Shown here: one piece after another, positions 37,410 to 50,611 of the stretch
Numbering within the stretch: the stretch's first letter is position 1
Layout of the letters: every line of letters starts with the position of its first letter
From: Squalus acanthias
Lineage: Eukaryota
NCBI GenBank assembly: GCA_030390025.1
Contig: CM059433.1
Location: 17,796,001-17,860,000, forward strand
Length of the DNA stretch: 64,000 nucleotides
Direction of reading: 5' to 3'
The notes under the pieces: model-generated
Told to the model about the DNA's origin: nothing
Databases searched by the model: none
The model's input: the letters and a program-made list of their open reading frames with translations, nothing else
Program-made: the position numbers and the translations under genes

Positions 37410-38214
37410 GGGCGCGATCTTGCCAGCCCTGGGGAGGCGGGGGACTGGTGGGAAAACGGCAGAATCTGGGGGCGGGTGCCCATCCCGCCTCCGTGCCATC
37501 TTCCCAGGAGGCGGGTAGCCGACCCGCACCGGGTCCCGTCTCCTGGAGGCGGGAAGGGGATTACAGCCACTTAATTGCCTGTAAACAGGTAGTTAACAGG
37601 CAGTTAAGAGGATTATCCCCATTTTTCCAGGAGAGGCGCGGGCTTCCCGACGTCGGGAAACCCCGCCAGGGTCACCGAGGTGAGCAGTGGGTCTGCGGGG
37701 GTCGGAGGGGTGCAAAAGTGCACTGTGAAGGTAAGTGATGGGTGCAAGTGTGGAGAGGTGAGTATGTGTGGTGAGTGAAAAGTGATAGAAAATGTTTACT
37801 TACCTTTGTTTCTTTCTGCAGGCTTCAACAGTTGGACATGCGGCGAGTCTCGCATCTCACCGGCAGAGATGACAGATGGCTTCTGCATTCTCCAATGCAA
37901 CAACCATCTAATTTCTGCTAAAGAAAGAGGTTTGATGAGTCTTGAATACAAGAACTCATCGAACAACAGAGAATGTCAGTGTTTGACAGCTTCACAGAGC
38001 TGTCAAATGATAACAATTCATCTGTCAAAAATTTTTGACAGATGAAACGTCATACGCTGATGTTCTCTGCAACCAGCTTCCCCTTAATTGGCCTGCTAAG
38101 CCCGCTCAATCAAGGGAAAATAGCGTGAGTTGGCCAGAAGTCGATGGAGGCGGGAGTAAAACCCGACAAGCAGCAGTCCCGCCTCCAACACACCCCCGCT
38201 GGCAAAATCACCCC
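37410..38214. mobile_element. Harbinger-type MITE
   Basis: Termini GGGCGCGATCTTGCCAGC / GCTGGCAAAATCACCCC. Confidence 0.65.
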
Positions 38215-38235
38215 CTAAATGTGGAAAGACAGTAT

Positions 38236-38922
38236 GGGCTTGATTTTCCCGGGTCCCACCCGCCCGGAAGTTCGGGTTTTCCCGGCACGCTGTGGGGTTT
38301 TAACACCACAGCGTGCGTGCGACGTAAAGGGCGGGTTCCCCACCCAGAAGTCAGCCTGATTGACAGGTTGGCTCCCAGTCATGCGGGGAACGCGGACCAG
38401 GTAGGTGCTGGGCCCAGGATAACCTGGGGGGTGGGGGGTGGATGAGATCGATGCCGGGGAGGGGTCTGATCCCCGGCAGGGGCTCTGGGGGGGAGGGGAG
38501 GTGTGTCTGATCCCCGACCCCGGAGGCGGGGGAGGTCCGATCCCCGACCCCAGGGAGGGGCAGGCTGATGGTGGGGGAACTTGGGGGGCCGGGAGGAAGC
38601 ACTTCTGCTCCTCATGGTTCACAAGGATTGCTCGCCGAGGCTGAGGCCACCTTGTTGCAGCCACCGGGAATCCTGAGCCCCAGGATCCCTGGCCACCAGC
38701 AGTAAGACCTGCAAAGCAGGTTAAAGTAGAGGCCTCAGGCCTCATTATAATATTTAAATTGCCAAATCGCCTCCTGGCAGCGGGTTGGCAGTCCGCCCCC
38801 CCACCCGAGTGAAAGGTGAAAGTGGGCGGGTTGGAGCCAGGTTTTACATTTTTACAACTTTCACTTCCCCCCTCCCCCCCACGCCTCCAACCCACCAGTT
38901 CTTACCTCAGAAAATTCCGGCC
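38236..38922. mobile_element. Harbinger-type MITE related to 53727-54105
   Basis: Termini GGGCTTGATTTT / AAAATTCCGGCC. Shares CCCGGAAGT and AAGCAGGTTAAAG blocks with 53727-54105. Confidence 0.65.
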
Positions 38923-39544
38923 TATGTGTGTGTGTCTCTGTCTCTGTGCTGGCAACTCTTAGTAATTCGAATGTTTACATTTTCTAACTGTCAATGTAAC
39001 AGATGATAATCTGTTGAGATAATTAGAGGCTGTTTACTTCAAAATTTTATTTTATTTTGAAAAATAAACTCAATCACAATGAGAAAAAAGCATCTCTCTC
39101 TGAGCTTAATGCACTTTCTGACATTTACAGAACACCAAACAAAACCAGCCAAAGGTGGTATAATCAGTCGTCTGACTTTTCACACGCGCACAGCCTCACT
39201 GTTTAAAAATAGTACCCGATATAAATTTCACTTGAAGAAAGATTTTAAAGTTTGTCCTCTAGCTTTTCTTCAAATAATTCTGAAAAAAGCTTTTGAAGAG
39301 AAACTGCTAGAATATTCTATCAGAGCAGGAACTGAACAGTATTGATGTGTCCTGGGAAATTAGACACACTGCACGTGCTCAGATTGGGAACTCCAAATGC
39401 TGCTCACAAGTCACAGCTCTCGGCAAAAAAATCAAGCCCATGCTTTTGGAAGAGGGTGTAGCCTTCAAGTAAAAACTTTAATGAATGCATTAAAAGACAA
39501 TTCATTTGAAAAATGTACTCATGTTATTGTGAAATAAAAAGAAA

Positions 39545-40006
39545 AAAAAAGAAAGACTTGCATTTATATAGCGCCTTTCACGACCACCGGACGTCTCAAA
39601 GCGCTTTAAGTAATTTTGAAGTGGAGTCACTGTTGTAATGTGGGAAACGCGGCAGCCAATTTGCGCACAGCAAGCTCCCACAATCAGCAATGTGATAATG
39701 ACCAGATAAATCTGTTTTTGGTTATGTTGATTGAGGGATAAATATGGACCAGGACACCAGGGAAATCTCCCCAGCTCTTCTTCGAAATAGTGCCTTGGGA
39801 TCTTTTACGTCCACCTGAGAGAGCAGACGGGGCCTCGGTTTAACGTCTCATCCAAAAGACGGCACCTCCGACAGTGCAGCGCTCCCTCAGCACTGCACTG
39901 GAGTGTCAGCCTAGCTTTATTTGCTCAAGTACCTGGAGTGGGACTATGAACCCACAACCTTCTGACTCAGAGGCGAGGGTGCTACCCACTGAGCCACAGC
40001 TGACAC
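39545..40006 (-). mobile_element. DeuSINE (SacSINE1-like), near full length
   Basis: Reverse complement of the 2023-2435 family, from head to tail. Confidence 0.85.
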
Positions 40007-41053
40007 AAATATTTAATATTGCTTTGATATTAATTTTCTTTAAACCCTTATTTTGGACATTACTAAGAAAAAAAATGGTAGATGAAAAAACAATTCAGAA
40101 AGCATTTTGAACAGTCTTTGGGAACTAGTTGACCAGCTCATTCAGTCACAAGGTGATGTACTGACAGGGAAGCATAACATGAAAATCAATATCACAGTGG
40201 CAGCTGCAGGGACAACAGGTACTGCAGGTGCTTATATTGACCTTCCGATGAAAAGTGCGCTCCATGTACTAAATTTAATATGTAACAGACTGGAAAATGG
40301 GGGATTAAATCCCTGACTTTTGGTGTCCATAGAATTCACTCCTTATTTGCCATTAACTGTCCCCCCTCCCACATATTTGCTCGAATATCTCCCTATTATT
40401 TTAAATCTCTTTTTCCTCAGTACAGCAAATGAGCTATAACTGGGGGAAATAATTTTCTGTGCCATTAATAGCTTATATGGCATAACTGGGAGGAATAAAG
40501 GTTTAAAACAACTAAATATTGAGAGAATTCTTTTAAAATAATAAAATATTCTAACTAGGTATTTCTCCTCCGGCTTATTCCATTAGTGTTCTTTCCTTCC
40601 CCCTTCCTTGGTGCTGGGGTGCAGTTCCACAGCTGCTGGTCTCCTTCCAGTCCCTTGGAAGGCCACTTGGCTTTGCTTCATGCGTGAGATCAGATGAAGA
40701 GTGCCAGCAAGCTAATTGACAGAGAGCTGTGGTCAATGCTGCCCTCAGCTGACACCCAATGCCCGTGCATTTTCCAACGGGAGGGTTGGACAGCAGCGGC
40801 AAGTCTTGCCATTTTATCTTTCACTAAATTGGGATACCGAAGCCATTTGTAGCCCCTAACCCACCCACCACTACCTTGCTGAAATCAGCTAACTCAGCAC
40901 AGACTGTGGTGCTTGTGACCTTGCTGCTCTTGATGGTTAACCAGCTGTACTATTAGTGGAACTCTAATCAAATAATTATCCAGCGCTTTTTTCGAAAGGA
41001 CTTAATTGACATATCCTTAACTGAAGTGGCTATATTGTAAACTTCTTTGACAA

Positions 41054-41485
41054 AAGAAAGAACTTGCATTTATACAGCACCTTTCTCTTCCTCAAAACGG
41101 CACAAAGTGCTTCACAGCCACTGATTTACTTTTTTGAAGTGCAGTTGTTGTCGTTACTGAGGCAAACTTAGCCATCAATTTACACAGAGTGAGGTCCCAC
41201 AAACAACAAATGAGATAAAAGACCAATTAATTTGTTTTGGATGAGAGACGAATATTGACCAGCACACTGGAAAGATTTCCTGCTGTCCTTAAAATAGTGC
41301 CATTAGATTTTTTTCTGTCTACCTGGACACGTATAGGTTTTTAATGTCGCACCTGAAAGATGGCACCTCTGACAGTGCCACAATCCTTGATATGCTGCGC
41401 TAGATTATGTGCTCAAGTCTTAGAGTGGGGACTTGAACCCAAAACCTATGGATTCAGAGGCAAGCGTGTTACCAACTGAACCAAC
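41054..41485 (-). mobile_element. Diverged DeuSINE
   Basis: Tail, core and head all recognisable but heavily mutated. Confidence 0.7.
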
Positions 41486-42289
41486 TCACCTTTATTGAGA
41501 TGTAGCTTAAATGATTTGGGCTCTCAGGCCCAACCATTACATCATTTCATAGTCGGCTGCGGGGCAGCGGAAAACTTCATTGTTGCCTGCAGTGTAAATT
41601 GAGCGATTTCAGCACCAGCGGAGGCTGAGTCAATTGGAATTTCATCGCCGTTTCTAACAGTGCTGCCTCCAACACCTGCACTGTCTGAGGCAACTTTGTA
41701 ATGTAGGTCACCTGGGACTCTGAGAATACAACAGATCATTAGAAGCTCGGGGTCAGGGACTCAGCAGCAGATGATTTGGGGATTTTCTTCCGTTGAAATA
41801 TAAAAAGCAACATACAAGGGTCATGAGAGAGTTTAAACTGCCGAACCTAATCTCACTTCAGGTGATATACAAATTGGTGGCCAAAAGGCTGTGGGCATGT
41901 AAGATGAAAACAATTCTTGACAGGAATTAACTTTATTACAAAAATACAATTTCAGCTCTTGGGTTTTGGAACACAACCAAATAATCTTTGCAGTTTACTT
42001 TTGCTGCACCTTAGTAGTTGCATTGGACTGGTGCTCCAAAAGTAATAAATGTTTTACACTACACTTATTTTAGCACGAGACAGGGAGTTGGCAGCAGCAC
42101 TTTGAGGTTTCAGGGATTCAGGGCCATTGGCATACTGGGGATTTGAGTTAAAAGGCTGGAATCTCATTCCAAAGTGTTCTGGCTCACTTCAACCAATGCT
42201 ATGGATAAATAAGATTGAATATTTGCCTCCCCTTTCCTCTCCTTGTTAGAGTACAGATCCACAGCTGGCACCGTACCAAAGTGACCTGT

Positions 42290-42590
42290 TTCCAGTTATG
42301 TGTTTTGGCGTATTGTTAATTATAGTCACAGGAGTAACCACATCTGAGTCCAATCCTATTCTCACCTGACGTCCACACACATGCATGTTCCAGCAAGGGT
42401 CACAGGATAGCAATCAGAAGCAGGAATTGTGGCTGATCTTTTCTCCCCCTTCCTTGTTCAAAGCCACTTGTAACCTCTATCCACTGACCCAGGTAAATTC
42501 ACTTAACCGCAGACCGGGGATTGAACTTGGGACTTTCCTGGCCTGCATAACACACCATCGCACACAGTGCATTTACTCATCAAGTCAGCA
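42290..42590 (-). mobile_element. Old LF-SINE-like element
   Basis: GACCGGGGATTGAACTTGGGACTTTCCTGG (reversed B-box region) and downstream body. Confidence 0.5.
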
Positions 42591-42681
42591 TGGGAGGTCA
42601 CTGGCCCCGAAAATCTGCGGGTGGCGGGGGGCGCACGCAGCCTGGTGTAAGTGTCGAGAGGTTCCCGCTCGCACACTCCGC

Positions 42682-43021
42682 TGTGACATACGGAATGGAT
42701 TCCTTATAGAGGACCCCACAGTACAACCTGAAGGATCAAACCTTCCTCGCAAACAGTGGACAACCATCAACCGCCTCAGAACTGGTCCTGGTAGATGCTG
42801 CCACCTTCTCCATAGATGGAAGATTAAAGCATCCCCATCATGCGACTGTGGAGCTCCTAACCAGACCCTGGAGCACATCATCGAGCACTGCCCTCAGAGG
42901 AAATTCACAGGCAGCCCACAAGATATCCACGCTGTTACACCGGAAGCTTTGGCCTGGATATCTGACTTAGATATTGACATTTGATTTGCTTTGCTACTAC
43001 CGTATGAAAGAAGAAGAAGAA
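42682..43021 (+). mobile_element. Non-LTR retrotransposon 3' end (Vingi/Ingi- or RTE-X-like)
   Basis: WTTINRLRTGPGRC...WKIKASPSCDCG...QTLEHIIEHCP zinc-knuckle C-terminus, stop at 42984, short 3' UTR and (GAA)n tail. Confidence 0.75.
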
Positions 43022-43810
43022 GCTGCTGAGGAGGAGGGGCCCAAAAGAAGAGGGTCTTTGTGCATGGGGGTTGTATCCGGGATGCCCCCAACATACTGCA
43101 GCGTAAGTGAATAGCTAGTTTAGAGGGGGTGGGTGCCAGGGTTCTCCCCAGAAACTGATAGAAGTTGCCTTTGTGACGGGGGACTCTTTTAAATACATTA
43201 AAATAAAATTCAGTCCTCCTCTTAAAGAGTCCAGCTTCTATGAGTTCCTCCCACAGTCAGCACAAGTATGCTTTGTCTCATCTTTGGACCACATGCCATG
43301 GCCCAGCTAAGGGTCACAGTGCAAGAACTTTTATGTCCCATGCCTTCCAGATCTCTGGGCTTGTAAGGGGAAGCAGGGGCTTCAATCCTTACAAGGCCTA
43401 GTGGGAATAATCTTGCAAGGCCAAGACCCGATTTTGGTGGACTTCCATCGGAGTTCACTGTAATGCCAAACTACTATAAAAGTGTAAAAAGAAATTACCA
43501 TTTCCTGCAAAGTGTTAATTCTGCAAGTCAATGTGCAAGAACTGGCAACCGTGCGATGGAATTATATTGCCTGTAATACATCAGGATTTGCCATGCACAA
43601 TGCTTATTTTATTAGTACTAATTGTATCAGAGTATTTTTATGATAGTGGTACAGTAAAGTCAACATTTCCTCACACTCGTAAAATCATATTAACTATATG
43701 AGTGAACTCCTGCTCAGCTTCCTAACTGCAGGAACAAGCACAAACTTTATAGCAATCCATTACTTTAATAACAAACTGTGCATTTATTATAGATCAGAGA
43801 AAAACATAAT

Positions 43811-45470
43811 TGGCCAGATCTTGCTGGAGCGGGGCATCTCTCGGTGTGCACCGTTAGTTAGACTTTTAACAGTATCCTTCAGCTTGAAAAATGTTTGTGC
43901 CGTAATGTGCTATAAGTGCGAGCTGATAACAGTGCGGCGAGGGCAACAGGGTATCTGGGACCTTCGTGCATGGCGGGACCAACAGTCTATCTCCTTAACC
44001 AATGAGATTTAAAGATTGAGAAAGAAACAGAGGGAACGATAGAGAAGGAGGGTGAATTAGAGTCAAATCAGGTACAGAAAGAGAAATACATTGAGGGAAA
44101 GAAAGATTGGATTAAGAGAGGGAGAAAAAAAGAGACAGAAAGGTAAAGTAAGAAAAAAAAATTAAAATTTTTAAAATGTTTTAAATCACTAAGAAAAATG
44201 TGCTACCTGCGGGAATGAGACTGAACAGTTTAAATTGTTCACTTTCTGGGCCAGAGAGGTTGATTGGCATTGCATTAACAATGATCACATCATTAGAAAG
44301 GTACTTAGGGGTAGAAATTAGGTCGCGCCCCATTTGGGGCGCAAATATCGTCTGGACGCAAATATTAGCGCCTGGCGCTAATTATCGGCACTGACTGGAA
44401 ACTTCACTTTTACCGCCCCGGGAGGTGAGTGGAGCGCTAAAGCAGGCGCTGCACACCTGTCTTAAGGCGCAAAGGCCAAGGAGTGAGGCGCTACCTCAGA
44501 GCGCTGGCGAAGCTCATGTACTGTCAGTCAGCAATGGAACACACACACAATGGCACGGGCCAGTTCTTAAAGGGGATGGTTAATCTTGCTTTCCATCCAC
44601 ATCCTGTTCATTGCAGCCTTGAATCTCGGCCTGGAGAGACTTGCACATCAAATGTGCTGGAAAGAACAATGGAGAGTACCAGGCAAAGAGCTCAGAGTGC
44701 AGCTCCCACAGTCTCTGCTAAATCGATACAAGGAATGACAAATCAAAATGAACCTGCAAAGTGCTGCTCAGTACCCAAAACTCCTTCACACAACGTTGAA
44801 TCTCTCCAGAAGTCTCTCCCTCTCGCTCTCAGAATGCGTAGTTCAAAAATGCCACCAACAATAAAAGACAGGAAGAGGCCCCCTTTAAATAGCGCCCCCC
44901 CCAGCCCCACAGCGATTGATAGCGTTCCAGTCTTCTGGTTGTTGGATGCGCCAGGCGGTAAGGCAGGGGGCGCCACTCAATTTCCGCTCCGGGGCGCCAC
45001 AAGGGCGTTGCACCATGGAATGACGTCACAATCTGCGCGCGCAGGTGGTCGCAGCGGTAAGTTTTAGCGCCGCCGCACAATGTCAAGTTAAGTTCCCGAG
45101 CGGCGCAAACATCGCTGCGCCCGGGCGTTAGCGGCTTTGCGCCCCATTAGCGCCCTCTTAAGGCGCTAACGGGAGGCGCAACCAACTGAATTTTTACCCC
45201 TTAAGCTCTTAATTAGCAGCCCTAACTTTCCGTGGTGAGTCTAATGGGCAATTAATGTGAAAATCAAGCAAGTTCTTAAAAATAACGAGGAAGGCTAAGG
45301 GCAAGATGCTGTTTGTGTGAAGCAAATGACAGAACGGCTTAAATCAACCAGCATGTTGTGGCGATTCGCCACTCACAGCATATCTTTTAATCCCCTGAAC
45401 TTGATGGCCAATTTGTGCATTAATAACGCCTTGTGTTAACACGCCGTTATTTTTCCAGCAAGATTTAGCC
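43811..45470. mobile_element. Older MITE hosting the young 44308-45200 insertion
   Basis: TIRs GGCCAGATCTTGCTGGA / TCCAGCAAGATTTAGCCC. Confidence 0.7.
44308..45200. mobile_element. Young Harbinger-type MITE (copy 2, inverted relative to copy 1)
   Basis: Termini GGGGTAGAAATT / AATTTTTACCCC, TSD TTA. Confidence 0.88.
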
Positions 45471-47257
45471 CATTAGCATCCTGGTAATAACTGATTACTT
45501 ATGTACAGTTGTGAAATGTTCAATTTAACACTGACATTAGTTTTTCCAGGTGGCCATTTATGTAATTAATTTGAGTATACTATTCAAGGAAATATATAAT
45601 AATCAAAGCTTTGTAATTTTGATTGGATGTTGGAGTATGACGTGTATGTGATATTTGTATAATCTTATTTGTGGCTAATTAGCGGGCAGTTCCTTCCCTA
45701 AACTATATACGTGTAAAACCTCAGGGCCTGTATTTTCTTTGTAAAGTTGAAGAAAAATTTGCTTTCTTAGTTTATAACGACAGTTTAGTAAAAGGAGAAA
45801 AATATATACCTCGAGCATGGTCAACCTCGAGTGTTCAGTCTGGCAAAGTAACAGAGCGAGCCGCTGGGAGCTTTGAGATTATTCTTGCTGTGGCTGAGGT
45901 GAAAACTCTACAGTGCGTTCTGTTTCTAAAAGCTTTATATTACAGACCTGCGAATCCCCGACTCGAACATGACAAAGTACAAGTGGGTCAGTAGTGCAGC
46001 TCATAATAGAAAAGAACCAAACCAGCTCTGTCATCATTCACTCAAAGTTAGTGGCTTTCAAACTTTTAAACTGTGTGAGGAATTCCCTGCTAATAGTGGC
46101 ACACTCCCAGGGATGCGTCTATCCTAATCCACCCCTTACAAGTCACAAGAGGCGATAGGGCTGGGGAGGGGACACCCCCACATTAGGAGTTACCTGCTCG
46201 CCAAGTAGGCTCCGCATAGGGGTCCAGGCTGAGATTGTGATAGTCCCAGAACATAGGGGGCTTCTGGAGACACTTTGGCAACTCCCCCCGCCTCCCCCCA
46301 AGACATCGCAGTAGTCACCAGATTTCCTGGCATGTTGAGGGTGGCAGGAGCCCATGGTGTACCCACCCAAAGCACGTGGTGCTGGGGCACGTAGCGCCGC
46401 GATATTCACTTGCAGCGCCCCAAGAGGGAGGCGGGGCGCTTCCAGTAGCACCCCAATTCCCTCTTGGGGCGCTACCGATGAATTTTGGCCGTCGTGGTGC
46501 TAATTTTTTCGGGAGTAGCGCCTCGGCAAAGTTAGCGCCCCAAAGGGGGCGTGACTCAATTTTCCCCCTACATCTTTCCCTGAGTACTATTCTTTCTATA
46601 AATACTATTTTCATTTTCCATTGAAGACTCTCTCAAATCCAGCCCTGGTGTCAACCAAAAGTGACATGACATTTGCTTTGCTCTAACAACTCCTTCTGCT
46701 TTTGATTGACTGCAGTAATATTGTAGTCTTACTGAACATCATTTAATATCAAAATGATGCCAGATTCACATATTTAACTTGGCCGGTTTATGGTGTCTTA
46801 TCATGGTATTTACCAATGCAGCTGAAAACATAGAGCTGTTCCTCTAGACCTTTAGCAGTAGGTAACCCACAGTGGAAATATTCCCCTGTTTCATGAATGC
46901 TGAGTGCATAATGGCACTGCACAACTGTGCAATGTTATCATTTGCAAAACCTGCAATTATATCAAACCAGAGAAAAAAATATAGATTTTCTCCACTCACT
47001 CCATGCAGTCAAGGTAAATATATCAATGTGGCTGGCTCTACATTTCAAACAGAATGCTTGAACGTTTTTATGCTTGCCCAACTGCTCCAGACTTCATAAG
47101 GAGCTGCCTCTTTGAACTGAACTAATGCAAACCTCTCAGGCCTTCGTAACACCAGAGATAATAGAAATAAATTGGATAGTGCTGGAGCAAATTAAATTGA
47201 GTGGGAGCCTTGCCAAATAAAATTCTCTGCCAATTCTCTATCCTCATAACCAAACAA

Positions 47258-48790
47258 TGGGGCTGGGGCCGGAGCTGAAGCTGGGACTGGGGGCTGGGCC
47301 TGGAACTGGGACTGGGAGTTGGGACTGGGGGCTGGGACTGGTTCTGGGGGCTGGAGCTGGTTCTGGGGGCTGGGATTGGAGCTGGGGCTGGGAGCTGGGA
47401 ATGGGGGCTGGAGCTGGGACTGGGGGCTGGAGCTGGAGCTGGGAATGGGGGCTGGAGCTGGGACTGCGGGCTGGAGCTGGGGGCTGGAGCTGGGGCCGGG
47501 GCCGGAGCTGGAGTTGGGACTGGAGCTGGGGCCGGAGCTGGGGCTGGGACTGGGGGCTGGAGCTGGTTCTGGGGGCTAGAGCTGGGGGCTGGGGCTGGGA
47601 CTGGGAATGGGGGCTGGAGCTGGGGCCGGGGCCGGAGCTGGAGTTGGGACTGGAGCTGGGGCCGGAGCTGGGGCTGGGAATGGGGGCTGGAGCTGGTTCT
47701 GGGGGCTAGAGCTGGGGGCTGGGGCTGGGACTGGGAATGGGGGCTGGAGCTGGTTCTGGGGGCTGGGACTGGAGCTGGGGCTGGGAGCTGGGAATGGGGA
47801 CTGGGGACTGGAGCTGGGGCTGGGAGCTGGGAATGGGGGCTGGAGCTGGGACTGAGGGCTGGGAATGGGGGCTGGAGCTGGGACTGGGGGCTGGGAATGG
47901 GGGCTGGAGCTGGGACTGGGGGCTGGAGCTGGGAGCTGGGAATGGGGGCTGGAGCTGGGACTGGGGGCTGGAGCTGGGGCCGGGGCCGGAGCTGGAGTTG
48001 GGACTGGAGCTGGGGCCGGAGCTGGGGCTGGGACTGGGAGCTGGGGCTGGGGGCTGGGACTGGGAGCTGGGAATGGGGGCTGGGACTGGGGGCTGGAGCT
48101 GGGACTGGGGGCTGGGACTGGGGGCTGGAGCTGGGAGCTGGGAATGGGGGCTGGAGCTGGGGGCTGGGACTGGGGACTGGAGCTGGGGCCGGAGCTGGGG
48201 GCTGGGACTGGGGGCTGGAGCTGGGACTGGGGGCTGTAGCTGGGGGCTGGGACTGGGGGCTGGAGCTGGGACTGGGGGCTGTAGCTGGGGGCTGGGACTG
48301 GGGGCTGGAGCTGGGGACTGGGACTGGGCGCTGGAGCTGGGGGCTGGGAATGGGGGCTGGAGCTGGGACTGGGGGCTGGGACTGGAGCTGGGGCTGGGAG
48401 CTGGGAATGGGGGCTGGAGCTGGGACTGGGGGCTGGGACTGGAGGCTGGGACTGGGGGCTGGAGCTGGGACTGGGGGCTGGGACTGGAGCTGGGGCTGGG
48501 AGCTGGGACTGGGGCTGGAGCTGGGACTGGGGGCTGGAGCTGGTGGCTGGGACTGGGGGCTGGGACTGGGGGCTGGGACTGGGGGCTGGAGCTGGTGGCT
48601 GGGGCTGGGACTGGGGGCTGGGACTGGGGGCTGGGACTGGGGGCTGGGGCTGGGACTGGGGTCTGGGACTGGGGGCTGGAGCTGGTGGCTGGGACTGGGA
48701 CTGGGGGCTGGGACTGGGACTGGGGGCTGGGACTGGGGGCTGGGACTGGGACTGGGGGCTGGGACTGGGGGCTGGGGCTGGGGTCCTGGA
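47258..48790 (+). repeat. G-rich degenerate satellite (GGGGCT / GGGACT / GGAGCT / GGGAAT units)
   Basis: About 1.5 kb of 6-7-nt units with higher-order repeated blocks. Confidence 0.95.
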
Positions 48791-49334
48791 GCGGCTGGCT
48801 GTTACGTATGAAGAATTTTTTTTGAAGCCTGCAATGTCCCTGCTGCTGCTTTCCTAACATTAATGGATTGCTCTGTAAATGATTGCCAAGAGGAGGCTGG
48901 CATTAGACACCCAGTTCCGCATCTGTCCAGTAATTCCCACAGCTGAAAGAAAGGTGGAACTGACAGGATTTCTGGTGCAAGATGTCATCCTGCCAGTCCC
49001 ACCTCTTTCAGTGATGTCATTGGAAGTTGGGATCAAAGAGAGAAAGGGATGGAAACCTGGCGGAACCAAAGTTTCTAATTATTGCTTACACCTACATTTG
49101 AGAGAGAAAGGGAGAGAGAGACAGGACTCAGAGAGTGTGAATGAAAGAGGGGGCAAGAGAGAGAAATACAGACTGTTTAACGAGAAAGACGGACTGGTAT
49201 CAGAGAGAGATCTTCCGCCATTGTATGTTATTTCAATTTTCAAAAATCACCAGCTGAATTTTGAAGCCAACTGATTATCTCACCTGTGGCTTACCGACAG
49301 TTAGAATAGGTCTACATTAATGGTTTACATTTGA

Positions 49335-49530
49335 AAGAAAGAAAGACTTGCATTTATATAGCGCCTTTCACGACCACCGGACGTCTCAAAGCGCTTTACA
49401 GCCAATGAAATACTATTTGAAGTGTAGTCACTGTTGTAATGTGGGAAAGGCGGCAGCCAATTTGCACACAGCAAGGTCCCACAAACAGCAATGTGATAAT
49501 GACCAGATAATCTGTTTTCAGTGATGTTGC
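49335..49530 (-). mobile_element. DeuSINE 3' half
   Basis: GAAAGACTTGCATTTATATAGCGCCTTTCACGACCACCGG. Confidence 0.8.
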
Positions 49531-50069
49531 TTGTGACTAGTGAAAATAAAAGTATTTGTAGGGACTTCAGTACAACTTTGAAGGGTCCAAATCCTTTCAT
49601 TGCAAATCTAACCTCAGATACAACATGTTAATGTGTGAACTGAAATCTGTTTACATGATGTACCCACAATATCCTCAACCTGCAGTACGTTCTACATTCA
49701 CAAGGCAAAACTGGCTTACTATCGCATCTGTCTGCACTCCATGGCAACCTGGAGGCGGGGATTACCTGGATTCAGGGGATGTTGATTTAACTATTTTAAA
49801 TTTGCAGCTTCAGAAGGGATAAGGGTGAGCCAGTCATTGAATCAAAACTTTGGAATCATGTTCCGATGAAGGATCATACCCAAACATTAGCCTGTCCTTT
49901 CTTCTTTTAGATCCTTATCAACCTGCTGTGCTTTTCAAACATTTTCCGTCTCTAAAATCTGTTGGCAGTAATTGTAGAGAAGCACTTAATGTGTTCATAT
50001 GACATTGCTCTGTATACCACTGTTAAAATAACAGTTAAAGGAATAAAGAACAAACTTCCATTGTTTAGC

Positions 50070-50320
50070 AAAGTGTTTCACAGACAATGAAGTACTTTTG
50101 AAGTGTAGTCACTCTTGCAATATATGGATATACAGCAGCCAGTTTGCACACAACAAGGACCCACAAATAGAAATGAGATAAATGACCAGATAATCTTTTT
50201 TAGTGATGTTGGTTGAGGAACGAATCTTTCAGAATTCCCATGCTGCTCTTCAGCTTGTGATATGGGATCTTTTATGCCCACCTGAGCGGGCAGACAGGTC
50301 CTTGGTTTGACATCTCATAT
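50070..50320 (-). mobile_element. Diverged DeuSINE fragment
   Basis: AATGAAGTACTTTTGAAGTGTAGTCACT...ATGGGATCTTTTATGCCCACCTGAG. Confidence 0.7.
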
Positions 50321-50611
50321 GAATGTCTGGTCTATATTGCTCCTTTGATTGTCAAAAAAGATGGTTTTCTTGTATCAGAACACTGCCATGATTTAAAAAA
50401 AACTTGAGTGCACGAAAATGTGAGTTGCAAGAACAGGTATAGGGAACGGAATGCTGTGCTGTCAGGTGGACCTGACTGACTCCCTCCAGTCTGGGGTTTG
50501 CAATCAATCTCTTATGCACTTATTGATTTTTAATGCCAATCCTCACATTTTCTCTGAGATATTGACCTCACTAATAGATATGGTACAGCCCCTCTGCACA
50601 GTAACACACTT

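Noticed and set aside
40107..40316. 69-aa ORF labelled minus in the track
   Set aside because: The listed peptide actually reads from the plus strand (TTG AAC AGT CTT TGG...). It has no recognisable homology either way.
44483..45067. 194-aa ORF also present at 20077-20610, suggesting a conserved gene
   Set aside because: Identity is explained by two recent copies of one MITE. No recognisable domain.
47706..48860. 300-384 aa ORFs resembling Gly-rich structural or Pro-rich proteins
   Set aside because: By-product of a stop-poor satellite. It is open in several frames on both strands and has no gene context.
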